Below are positions 7,765 to 16,339 of a DNA stretch of 16,880 bases, piece after piece (the stretch's first letter is position 1; each line of letters starts with the position of its first letter). Source of the DNA: an uncultured Deinococcales bacterium (GTDB lineage Bacteria > Deinococcota > Deinococci > Deinococcales > JAAFIG01); NCBI GenBank assembly GCA_964244895.1, contig CAXTKV010000113.1:1-16880 (forward strand), given 5' to 3'. Made by a program: the position numbers and the translations under genes. Under the pieces are notes generated by a model. That model was not told the origin of the DNA, searched no databases, and worked only from the letters and a program-made list of their open reading frames with translations.

Positions 7765-8340
7765 TTACCTCGAGTAGATCGCGCCGCAAGCCAGGCGAGC
7801 GCCGCTGCCACCCAACGCCGGAGTGTTCGTGTAGTTGTCCTCGTTGGCGTGAATCACGACCGCGCCACCTATGACGGACAACGGGCCGCTGGCGACCGTC
7901 AGTTTCTTGGTGGTGAATTCCAGCGAACCGTGGCCGTTGGCGGCGACCACCAGGTTCGGGAAGTCGCCCGCGTGACCCTCTTTTTCGCTCACCAGCGGCC
8001 CACCGTGGCTGTTGGTGTTCATCGGGTCGAAGTGCGCGCCCGCACCGCCGAATTTGACGGTGTTGCCGTTTGCGTCCGGGGCGTCCGCGCACGATGACTT
8101 GCCGTGGATGTGAACGCCGTGCTTGCCGGGCGTCAGGCCGCTCAGGGTGCGCACGGTGATGCGCGTGCCATCTGCGACCTCGGTGAAGCGAGCGACACCG
8201 ATTGCTTTGCCGCTCGCGTCCTTGATGACGGCGCTGGTGGTCTTGGCGGCGGACTGTGCGCTGGGTGCGCTGACGAGCAGCGCGATGCCGAGCGCGGCGA
8301 GGGTGGCGGTGACGGTCAGACGTGCGTTGAAGCTGTTCAC
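7765..8340 (-). CDS. sodC: Cu/Zn superoxide dismutase, exported
   Basis: All ligand motifs present: HGVHIH, GAHFDP, HGGP, GHAGD, VVIH, plus catalytic Arg and Cys in ARLACG and a partner Cys in SSC. N-terminal signal peptide. GTG start at 8340 with AGGAGG RBS. Confidence 0.94.
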   Translation of the reverse strand: MNSFNARLTVTATLAALGIALLVSAPSAQSAAKTTSAVIKDASGKAIGVARFTEVADGTRITVRTLSGLTPGKHGVHIHGKSSCADAPDANGNTVKFGGAGAHFDPMNTNSHGGPLVSEKEGHAGDFPNLVVAANGHGSLEFTTKKLTVASGPLSVIGGAVVIHANEDNYTNTPALGGSGARLACGAIYSR

Positions 8341-8416
8341 AAAAACCTCCTGTGGCCTTACCGCAGGCAGCTTAGGCGAGGTGCGCAACCATCAGGGTTG
8401 CCAGTTCACTTTGGGT

Positions 8417-10933
8417 TTATTTCTTGGCAACCTGCGGCGCACCGATGCGCGGTGGACGGACTGGTACCGAAAGCGCTTCCTGAATTTGCGCGCCGATTGG
8501 CTCGAGTTTCGCGGGTTGCGCTGGCTCGAGCGGTGGGGGTTGGCGCTCAGGTACAGCTTTGGGCTCGAGCTTTTCGGGAGGCTGCGATTCGAGGATCGGT
8601 TCGGGCTCGAGCGCAAACGTGCGTGCGACTGGTTTGGCTTCGCGCTCATCAGATTTTGGAGCTTCGGGGCGTTGGGCTTCGGGGCGTTGGGGTTTCAGGT
8701 TGCCGCTCGGGGCTTTGCTGGCTTGAGCAGGCTTGGCTTCACGGCGTTGCGGGGCGGGGCGGTTCTGGCTGGTTTTGGGGGCGCTGGACGCATCATTGCT
8801 GGGTGCGTCTCTCTTGGAGTCTGAGCGCGTGGCTTGCTTGGCCAGTACCGCCCAGAATTTCGTCAACCGGCTCAGCCCGAGGTGCGGGATCAGCAGGCGC
8901 TCACCGTCCGCGATCCAGCCTTTCTCGACCCATTGCGCCAGATCAGCCGGGATGGTCTCGAGCGCGCCCCGTTCGATACCGACCATGACGGGCTTGTCGC
9001 CGTCCATCTCGAGGCTCATGGTGACGTTGCGCTCGACCAGTCCGCCGAACCACGAGCGGAAACTCTCCGCGAACGGGTTCGGGGCGTTCTGCGCGGGCGC
9101 AGACGGCGCGTGGCTCGAGTCTGCCGGGTCGTTGAAGGTGGGAGCAGTGGCGGGATCGGGTTCGGCCATCACGCCAGGTTTGCGCAACTGCGGCGTCTGG
9201 TAGGTTTTCTTGATCTTGGCGTAGACGTTGGAGTACGGGTTCTGCGCCTGATCCAATCGGGGCATTTCAACTTTGGCGGGCGGCGCGCCGATGGTTTCAA
9301 TCACCGCGAAGCCATCGGGGAAGGTGCGCATGGCCTCGGCGGACAGCAGGAAGCGTTTGACTTCCTTGATGGATTGCGTGCGTTTGACCTCACCGAACGC
9401 ATCCGCCATCACGACGTTACCGGTCATGGCGTAGGTCGAACTGGCTTCAGCCACGGTGGTTTCGCCGAAGTTCTCGGCGAAATACTTTGCGTCCTCGAGC
9501 CGCAAGCTGCGCGGGAACACGACCATCTGCGCGAAATTGTTGTTGATCATGCCCGCGAAGGCCTCGCGCCCGTAAAGCGCCTGTCCCTGCGCCAGGTTCT
9601 GCATGGCGATGTGGTACGCGACCCGCCTGGAACGCATGGTCGCCAGGTTCTCAGCGATGTTCGGAATCGGGCCGAACGAGGGAAACTCGTCCAGGTAAAT
9701 CGAAAGGTGAACCGGCAAGCGCCCATCGTTCTGCGCGCAGACGTTCAGAATGGATTGATCCAGCACGCGCTTGATCAAGCGCAACAAGACCTGACCCTGA
9801 CCGCCCTGAATTTCTTCTTGCGGCATCCCAATGTACAAGAAGCTCGGGCGCTGGCAGACGGTATCCAGATCCAGGATCTGCCCCGGCCCGGCGCTGGTCG
9901 CGCGGTTCAGGTTCGGGTTCAAGAAGGGTTGCAGATCGCCCATCAACCCCGTGGCGATGCCCGTCAGCATGCTCTTGTTCAGTTCCAGCAGCGTTCCCAG
10001 GATCGGCTTGAGAAACGCCCTCGCGCTGACGTACTTGATCAGATCGTCCGTGCCGCCGCCCAGCAACTGGTAGATGCGGTACATCGAAGGTTCGGGTTCC
10101 TGGCTGACCGCCAGCACCAATCCGGCCAGCAACTGTCGTTCGTTGTTCTTGTAAAAAGACGCGTCCGATTCCTCGCCGCCCGCTGGTCGGAACGCCCCGG
10201 CGACATCCATCGCGTCCTGAATGGTTTTCACACCAGCCAGCAACGGGATGCGCACCGATCCAGGATCGAACGGCGTGAACGGATGCACGTGTCGGCCCCA
10301 GGCTTTGAAGTAATTGATGCACTCCAGAAAGCCGCTGCGCGGATCCGGGTATTTCAGGTCGAACACGACCGCGCTGACGCCATCCTTGGCGTCCATCAGC
10401 AAGTTCGGGTTGACGTAGCGCGTCGTCTTACCCGCGCCCGTACCGCCGATGATCAGCGTGTGCGCGCAACGCATGTTTTCCGGCGGTCGAATCACGTACT
10501 TGCTCTCGAGCAAGCCTAGGTAGCCCACGCGCGGCGAGCCTTTGGGCGCGTCCAGCAGGTACGGCTCGAGATCCTTCTTGTTCGCCCATCGCGCCTCGCC
10601 TGGGTCTTTGCGCGGCGCTTGATTGCGCAGGTAACGCGCCAGGAACAGCGACAAGATCGGCACGAGCGGAATGAAAAATAAAGTTGTCGGCATGCTCTGC
10701 GCCCAGACCTGATTCAAAGGCTGGTTGCATTTGGTGTCCATCGAGCATTTCAACAAGAACGTCTGTCCCGGTTTGGTATTCAGGTATTTTGCCCAGCCTT
10801 TGGCCGCCACCCGATCCGCCGCGACATTCAACGAATTCCAGCCCATCCAGCCCAGAAACGCGATCGACGCGATCAGCGCCAGGCCAGAAATCCAGGTCAT
10901 GGCCACCAGAGATGGTTTATTGCGGTTGATCAT
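8417..10933 (-). CDS. virD4: Type IV coupling protein (VirD4/TraG/TraD family)
   Basis: Two N-terminal TM helices, PGEARWA motif, Walker A HTLIIGGTGAGKT, FDLK, Walker B IYLDEFP, MRSRRV and QNLAQ...YG. Long Pro/Ala/Glu-rich C-terminal extension. Confidence 0.93.
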   Translation of the reverse strand: MINRNKPSLVAMTWISGLALIASIAFLGWMGWNSLNVAADRVAAKGWAKYLNTKPGQTFLLKCSMDTKCNQPLNQVWAQSMPTTLFFIPLVPILSLFLARYLRNQAPRKDPGEARWANKKDLEPYLLDAPKGSPRVGYLGLLESKYVIRPPENMRCAHTLIIGGTGAGKTTRYVNPNLLMDAKDGVSAVVFDLKYPDPRSGFLECINYFKAWGRHVHPFTPFDPGSVRIPLLAGVKTIQDAMDVAGAFRPAGGEESDASFYKNNERQLLAGLVLAVSQEPEPSMYRIYQLLGGGTDDLIKYVSARAFLKPILGTLLELNKSMLTGIATGLMGDLQPFLNPNLNRATSAGPGQILDLDTVCQRPSFLYIGMPQEEIQGGQGQVLLRLIKRVLDQSILNVCAQNDGRLPVHLSIYLDEFPSFGPIPNIAENLATMRSRRVAYHIAMQNLAQGQALYGREAFAGMINNNFAQMVVFPRSLRLEDAKYFAENFGETTVAEASSTYAMTGNVVMADAFGEVKRTQSIKEVKRFLLSAEAMRTFPDGFAVIETIGAPPAKVEMPRLDQAQNPYSNVYAKIKKTYQTPQLRKPGVMAEPDPATAPTFNDPADSSHAPSAPAQNAPNPFAESFRSWFGGLVERNVTMSLEMDGDKPVMVGIERGALETIPADLAQWVEKGWIADGERLLIPHLGLSRLTKFWAVLAKQATRSDSKRDAPSNDASSAPKTSQNRPAPQRREAKPAQASKAPSGNLKPQRPEAQRPEAPKSDEREAKPVARTFALEPEPILESQPPEKLEPKAVPERQPPPLEPAQPAKLEPIGAQIQEALSVPVRPPRIGAPQVAKK
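8661..8690. repeat. 15-bp exact tandem duplication in the virD4 tail (encodes QRPEA x2)
   Basis: GCTTCGGGGCGTTGG at 8661-8675 and 8676-8690. Confidence 0.85.
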
Positions 10934-11047
10934 TGAACCCCCTCGGGTGCGTCGTGGATCGAGAAGTCAGAGCAGTGTGAAAGGGAGTCGTCCGAACGCG
11001 GCGGTACGCGCGGCGCGAGCGGGTACTCGAGGCATTAAATTTCTAAA

Positions 11048-11103
11048 AACACCGTCCCAGACGCAATTTTTTGATTTCAAAAAACCTCGTGCAGGACGGT
11101 GTT
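11048..11103. repeat. 56-bp imperfect palindrome between virB6 and virD4
   Basis: Outer arms AACACCGTCC (11048-11057) / GGACGGTGTT (11094-11103) and inner arms TTTTTTGA (11067-11074) / TCAAAAAA (11077-11084) share one centre. Confidence 0.85.
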
Positions 11104-11158
11104 CCATGTTTCAGCGAGTCTTCGTAAATGTTTTAAACGACACCGACGTTTTGGAACA

Positions 11159-12742
11159 CTAAAGCCCAATGGGAGCCAACACAACTACAGCAGTCTCGGC
11201 AACTTCAGCCGCCGTAACACCCTCAGCCGCCGCGCCTCCGGCTTCAGCCGCTCCAGCAGATGCACCGCTCGAACCTCCGGCACTGCTGGAGGCACCACCG
11301 CCAGAACCACCCATCGGCGACCTGGGCGTTGGGCCGCCATTCGCGTAACTGGCCCACTCCTGATCTTCTGCAGCAGTATCGGCATTAATGATTTGTTGAG
11401 CCTCTGCATCTGACATACCGCCACCGCTTGGGCTCGAGCCATCACCCCCACCGCCTGGATTTGTACCACCGCCACCACCGGGTGTAGAAGATGAACTGCC
11501 ACCACCAAAGAAGGAACCCGCCGTTGCGGCAGCCCCACCAGCCAAAGCGAGTCCAGCACCGCCGACGCCCGCAAAGGCACCACCAGCGCCCGCTTTCCCA
11601 CCACCGCCAACGATGCTACCGATGAATGCTTGAATCTGCGCCTGGGCAGCAGCAACAAACATGACTGCAAAAGCAATACCGACGAACAGCATGACGATTG
11701 ACGCGATCATGCCAAAAAGAAGCGTTGTAGCAGAGCCAGCCAAATCACCAACAGCACCAGTAGCATTGCCATAAAAATTCTTGATGTAATCTAGTGCTTG
11801 AGTAGGATTTCCGTTCGGAATGAGCGCATTTAGCTTTTGAAAACTCGAGTTTAGCTGCGTTGCCGCACCATCTAAAGCCGTATTGAATCTTTTTGCAGGC
11901 TCAATAAATCCAATTGTCATTGCAGCGACGTAGGCAATCGGGTGAAGTAAAACTATAAGTATGGCGGCACTAGCGCTCTTGAGCCAGGTAGCGAACCAGC
12001 TTTGAAGCGCATTGCCTGGAAAAATAAGAAGTACGCCAGCCAGGGGAATAACGAGCGAAGCAATAATTATTGCAAATCCACTCAAAATAACCACAAGATA
12101 TTCTACAGTCACAATAAGACTGACACTCAAAACTACGTATTTAACGAGTTCAAATATCTGACTGGCGTTATTTCGTACTCCTATTCCTGCATCTTTTGTA
12201 GCTTCATCGAAATCCTTACCAGCTGCAACATGAGCGATCTCTGTTACGATTGGTGCTCCTATGTATACGACACTTAATCCTGCCATTGTAACGTTTAGGG
12301 CGGTAAGTTGATTTATTGCATCATCAGTTACTGTTTTTGAAAGATTATCGTGTCCCCATTGATAACATGCCGTCCACTCATCTCGAAGCAACTGTCCCAT
12401 CCAAGGACCAGAAAGTACGAGTGCGCCTGCAATCAACGAACGGACGAGAAATCCCTGAATTTCAACTGTTCCCCCGAGTGTGACTATTCGCAAACCGCTC
12501 CAGATAATGCCAGTGAGTAGCAAAGCGGCGCTGAACGCTTCAATATATTTACTTAATTGAGCTTTTTCAACAGTTTGCCAAATGGTATTAAGCCATTTTG
12601 CTGGATCAACTATCACTCCAGAAACAAAATCCATCAGCCAGGAGCCAAATCCAGGATCTTGAGTAGCAGCAAAAGCAGAGCCCGATAAAGCGCAAAGGCT
12701 TAAGGAGGTCACGATAAAAATCTTCGAATATTTTTTTCGCAT
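11159..12742 (-). CDS. VirB6/TrbL-like polytopic membrane protein of the T4SS
   Basis: Signal-like N-terminus, multiple TM helices (including FAIIIASLVIPLAGVLLIFP...SWFATWLK) and a long Gly/Ser/Ala-rich C-tail as in TrbL. Located between the VirB5-like gene and virD4. Start ATG 12742 or GTG 12751. Confidence 0.75.
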   Translation of the reverse strand: MRKKYSKIFIVTSLSLCALSGSAFAATQDPGFGSWLMDFVSGVIVDPAKWLNTIWQTVEKAQLSKYIEAFSAALLLTGIIWSGLRIVTLGGTVEIQGFLVRSLIAGALVLSGPWMGQLLRDEWTACYQWGHDNLSKTVTDDAINQLTALNVTMAGLSVVYIGAPIVTEIAHVAAGKDFDEATKDAGIGVRNNASQIFELVKYVVLSVSLIVTVEYLVVILSGFAIIIASLVIPLAGVLLIFPGNALQSWFATWLKSASAAILIVLLHPIAYVAAMTIGFIEPAKRFNTALDGAATQLNSSFQKLNALIPNGNPTQALDYIKNFYGNATGAVGDLAGSATTLLFGMIASIVMLFVGIAFAVMFVAAAQAQIQAFIGSIVGGGGKAGAGGAFAGVGGAGLALAGGAAATAGSFFGGGSSSSTPGGGGGTNPGGGGDGSSPSGGGMSDAEAQQIINADTAAEDQEWASYANGGPTPRSPMGGSGGGASSSAGGSSGASAGAAEAGGAAAEGVTAAEVAETAVVVLAPIGL

Positions 12743-12803
12743 ATTCACCACCCATTCATGACAGACTTTTTACGAGAGCTTTTGGTTTAGGTTAAAGGTA
12801 GAT

Positions 12804-13754
12804 TCAAGGAATAGTCGATAAATTTATTGTCGAATTTGATGCAGCCGAGATACTAGCGCTAGTTGATGTAAAGTAAGTACTTACATTCCCAGAAACAGTT
12901 TTTGCAAATTGCTGCATTTCATCAAGTCTAGCTTGACCACCAGCACCTTTTTGCTGCATTTCTTGATACTTCATACTTACAAGATGACTGATCTGCTGGG
13001 TCGTAAGGGCTTGCTGCTGAACAGAAGATGCAATCAACGATGTCAGATTCAAGTTATTTGACATAACGTGATCGAGGGTCTTAACAAGAATTTCATTGGT
13101 TATTCCAATTGTTGCTCGAGTTGAAACTGCTAGTTCGGATTCTTGAAGTAGTTTTGCACCATCGTCGCTCGCAGTCACAGCCCTGTCCGTCGCTGATTGT
13201 ACCGCTTGCGTTCCATTACTCGTAGCAAGAACAGCTGCAGCGTTAACGCCAGCAGCCGAGTTAACCAAACCTTTCGCAGCATCGGCGTTTATTGCCAGAC
13301 CGATAGCTTGGCCAGTGTCAGTTCCCGGATTTCCTGATGGATTTCCTGTTATTGATTGAATTCCAGTAGAGAAAGATGCGTTGATTATAGCATCAGCAGC
13401 ATTTTTACTATCGTTCACATCGGACGCAGATTTATTTTTAGAAAAGATGTCGTCGAACTTAAGCGCACCCATCGCAAATTTTGTTCCATTATCCAGCAAA
13501 CTGAGTAAATCGCCGCCGCGAGAAATTCCCTCCGCCGCTTTCGCCATGTCGTTGATTGCCGGCGAAACCTCAGCCAGCGTGTCGCAGTACGGGATTTTAT
13601 TTCCGGTAACCGTACCTGCAATCTTGCAAATTTGAGCCAGAACCGTCAGCACCTGATTTACATCTTTTGCGCTCAAACTCAGAGCGGATGCGCTCGAGCT
13701 GAAGGTCAGCGTCAACGCCAGGGCCAGCGCGATCATCGGTCTTGAATTCTTCAT
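12804..13754 (-). CDS. Exported helical protein, VirB5/TrbJ-like (minor pilin candidate)
   Basis: Real start is ATG 13754 (ATGA overlap with the virB4 stop): signal peptide MKNSRPMIALALALTLTFSSSASA, a Cys pair, and a Gln/Ala-rich helical C-half (QQQALTTQQISHL). Family assigned from position and composition only. Confidence 0.6.
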   Translation of the reverse strand: MKNSRPMIALALALTLTFSSSASALSLSAKDVNQVLTVLAQICKIAGTVTGNKIPYCDTLAEVSPAINDMAKAAEGISRGGDLLSLLDNGTKFAMGALKFDDIFSKNKSASDVNDSKNAADAIINASFSTGIQSITGNPSGNPGTDTGQAIGLAINADAAKGLVNSAAGVNAAAVLATSNGTQAVQSATDRAVTASDDGAKLLQESELAVSTRATIGITNEILVKTLDHVMSNNLNLTSLIASSVQQQALTTQQISHLVSMKYQEMQQKGAGGQARLDEMQQFAKTVSGNVSTYFTSTSASISAASNSTINLSTIP

Positions 13755-16336
13755 ACTTTCCTCGCTTTCTCTGGCCCGTAAGCCAACCACTTCAGTCCTT
13801 CCAGCAGATTGCCGCCAAAGCGCGCAATGGCATCCTCGCGCCGTTTCATGTCCTTGGCCGATGTCGTGAACGCCCAGTAATCGAGCGGTGAGGGGCGCAC
13901 CCAGATCACGTCGCCTTCGACGCCCGCTTCGCGGCGAATCCAGGTCAGCACCTCGCTGTACAAGCCATCCACGCGCTTTAACCCCCTGAAGGTTTCCATC
14001 GTGCTGGGTGGCAGGTGGAACATTTCCTGCACGGTTGCGTCCTCGCCGGGAACGCGCAGCAGGTAGTGGTAGGTGGTGTTCTGCAAAATGCCGTGCGCCT
14101 GGGGCCGCTTGAAATCTTCCAAGGATTGACTGATGCTCCAGACCGCCGCGTTGTACTTGCGGAAGCGTCGGTAGAGTTCGACCATGAAGTTCGCGGCGGC
14201 AGGAATTTCCAGCAAGGCCCAACCTTCGTCGAAGATCACGACTTTGCGCCGCGTGGTGTCGGCCTTGACGCGCCGCCAGACCAAGTCCGCGATCAATAGC
14301 GTCCCGACAACCGCGAGCGGCGAATCGAGCCGGAATTTCGAGGTGTCGTAACACACGATCCGTGCCGATGACATCGGCACGCTGGTCGGGCGGTCCACGA
14401 AGTGCCCGAGCGGACTTTTGCCCGTCCAGTTCTGAAGGGTTCGCGCCAGCGTGTCCGCGATCTGCTTGTCCTCTGCGGTGACGGTTTTTTCACCGATGCG
14501 CTCGAGGTTCGTCAGGGTGCGCACGAAATCGCGCAGCAGCAAACCCTCGAACTTGCGTTTCATGACGCCGTCCTCGAGAACCTCGTCGGTTTTTCTGGCG
14601 TAGGCGTTTCGGATCGCTTCGGTGATGATGGCGTCCTCTTCGGCTTCCAGGCGTTGATTGACCGTGCCGATCATGGCGCGAATGATGCTGGAAAGGAAAC
14701 CGACTTTTTCCTCGTCCGGTTCGACCTCGCCGGGGGCCAGGTCGAACGGGTTGACGGCCATCTCGCCGCCCGGTTCGACATCGATCATCGCGCCACCGAG
14801 GAGCTCGACCGTTTTCTCGTAACCGCGCCCACGATCAACGATGATCACGTCCACATCGTCCTGGCGCATCAATTCAGTGATCATGTACTGCGCGAAGAAC
14901 GTCTTGCCCTGCCCCGATCCGCCGACGATCAGGGCGTTCCAGTTGGTCATGCCCGGATCGAAAGGATCGATGTGCGTCAGGGACTTCCAGCGGTTGTGAA
15001 ACATCGCCACGGGTCGTTTGTTGCCATCCCAGGGTGAACCGACCGGGAAAAAATGTGCCGCGTTGGTCTCGAGCATGCTGACGCGCTGATCGATCATGTT
15101 GCCACCCATCGGGGCGCACTGCATGAACGGCTCAAACAGGCCGCTCTGCAAGACCGTGAACGGGCTGCCCGGAACGGACGCCGCCACGCTGAAAGCGCGC
15201 GTGATCCGATCCTCGAGATCCTTGGATTGCGTACCGACCACGATCAACGAAGCGCCGACCTGAAAGACGTGATCGCCGTTGGTGGAAATATGCTCGATCG
15301 CCGCTTCAGCTTCTCGCAAACCGGAGCGCACGTTTGGGTCGACGTAGTAGGTGGTGTCAATCGAAGCGGAGTAGAACCTGCGCGCCATCGACTTCAGGCG
15401 CGTGATCGCCTGATCGTAGGGTTCGTGCAACAGGTCAATCACCAGGTAAAACTCGCCGGATGCGTCCAGCAGGGCGTTCATCATGCCCAGTTGAGTTTCG
15501 TCCGGGCTTTGCGTCATGCCCATCATGCGCACGCGCTTCCAGCCCAGACCGAGTTCGTGCAATTTCGCGTTGTCCACTTCCGATTTTGCGAGTTGCGCCC
15601 GCAAGCTGGGCGGCGCGAGGCCCGTCAGTTTTTCCACTGCTTCTTCCGGTGAAACCTGCCACGTAGGTTTATAGGGCGGGATTGGAACGTGTTTCAGACC
15701 GGGATTGAAGAATCGAAAGCACAACCCGAACACTTCCTGATCTCCCATCGGTTTCGGTGATAACCCCGCCGAAGCCAGAAAGTTCGTCAACCGGGTTCGC
15801 GCCTCTCGAGCCAACGCCAGACGCTCGTCGAACTCGAACTGCGTGTAACCCACGTGCGTTTTGTTGCGCAAGAACGGCAACACCTGAGAGAGCGCGTAAG
15901 CGGGCAAGGACGGGCTGGTCGCCAGGCGTTTCTCGCCGAGGGTCACCGTCAAGAACGCGCGCCACGAAAGCACCTCGCTCGGTAAGGCCGCGAATGCCTC
16001 GTACTGCTCGGCGCGTTTTTCACCGATCAGTTGAGCCGCAGCGTTCTCAGAGGTCGTCTCTTCGCGGTACGGCAGGATCGCTTTCTTGCCCGCCGGGCCG
16101 ACCTCGACCACCAGACGCAAACGTTGACCTTGCGGCACGGCGTTGCGGATCACGTTCTTCAATTGACGGAAGATCATCTCGAGCCCGCCCTGGCTCAGAA
16201 ACGCGGCAGGAGCGAACTTCACCTCCACGCCGATCTCGACGCGTCCATCCACCAGGAACATCACACCGTCGTGCAACTCCCAGTACGGTAACGAGTCAGC
16301 CATTGAACGGGTTCGAGAAGCCGTGAGAACGGACAC
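13751..16336 (-). CDS. virB4: VirB4-family T4SS ATPase
   Basis: Walker A NALIVGGSGQGKTF, IIVDRGRGY, VNPFD, Walker B VVIFDEGW and RRFRKYNAAVWSISQSLEDF. 861 aa, AAGGAG RBS. Confidence 0.93.
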   Translation of the reverse strand: MSVLTASRTRSMADSLPYWELHDGVMFLVDGRVEIGVEVKFAPAAFLSQGGLEMIFRQLKNVIRNAVPQGQRLRLVVEVGPAGKKAILPYREETTSENAAAQLIGEKRAEQYEAFAALPSEVLSWRAFLTVTLGEKRLATSPSLPAYALSQVLPFLRNKTHVGYTQFEFDERLALAREARTRLTNFLASAGLSPKPMGDQEVFGLCFRFFNPGLKHVPIPPYKPTWQVSPEEAVEKLTGLAPPSLRAQLAKSEVDNAKLHELGLGWKRVRMMGMTQSPDETQLGMMNALLDASGEFYLVIDLLHEPYDQAITRLKSMARRFYSASIDTTYYVDPNVRSGLREAEAAIEHISTNGDHVFQVGASLIVVGTQSKDLEDRITRAFSVAASVPGSPFTVLQSGLFEPFMQCAPMGGNMIDQRVSMLETNAAHFFPVGSPWDGNKRPVAMFHNRWKSLTHIDPFDPGMTNWNALIVGGSGQGKTFFAQYMITELMRQDDVDVIIVDRGRGYEKTVELLGGAMIDVEPGGEMAVNPFDLAPGEVEPDEEKVGFLSSIIRAMIGTVNQRLEAEEDAIITEAIRNAYARKTDEVLEDGVMKRKFEGLLLRDFVRTLTNLERIGEKTVTAEDKQIADTLARTLQNWTGKSPLGHFVDRPTSVPMSSARIVCYDTSKFRLDSPLAVVGTLLIADLVWRRVKADTTRRKVVIFDEGWALLEIPAAANFMVELYRRFRKYNAAVWSISQSLEDFKRPQAHGILQNTTYHYLLRVPGEDATVQEMFHLPPSTMETFRGLKRVDGLYSEVLTWIRREAGVEGDVIWVRPSPLDYWAFTTSAKDMKRREDAIARFGGNLLEGLKWLAYGPEKARKV

Positions 16337-16339
16337 TGT

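Noticed and set aside
11159..11650. Gly-rich low-complexity DNA as a separate repeat element
   Set aside because: Explained by the TrbL-like Gly/Ser/Ala tail of the VirB6-like protein.
13755..14354. N-terminal 200 aa of the 516-aa ORF 12804..14354
   Set aside because: Out-of-frame overlap with virB4. The real gene starts at ATG 13754 with a signal peptide and an ATGA coupling.
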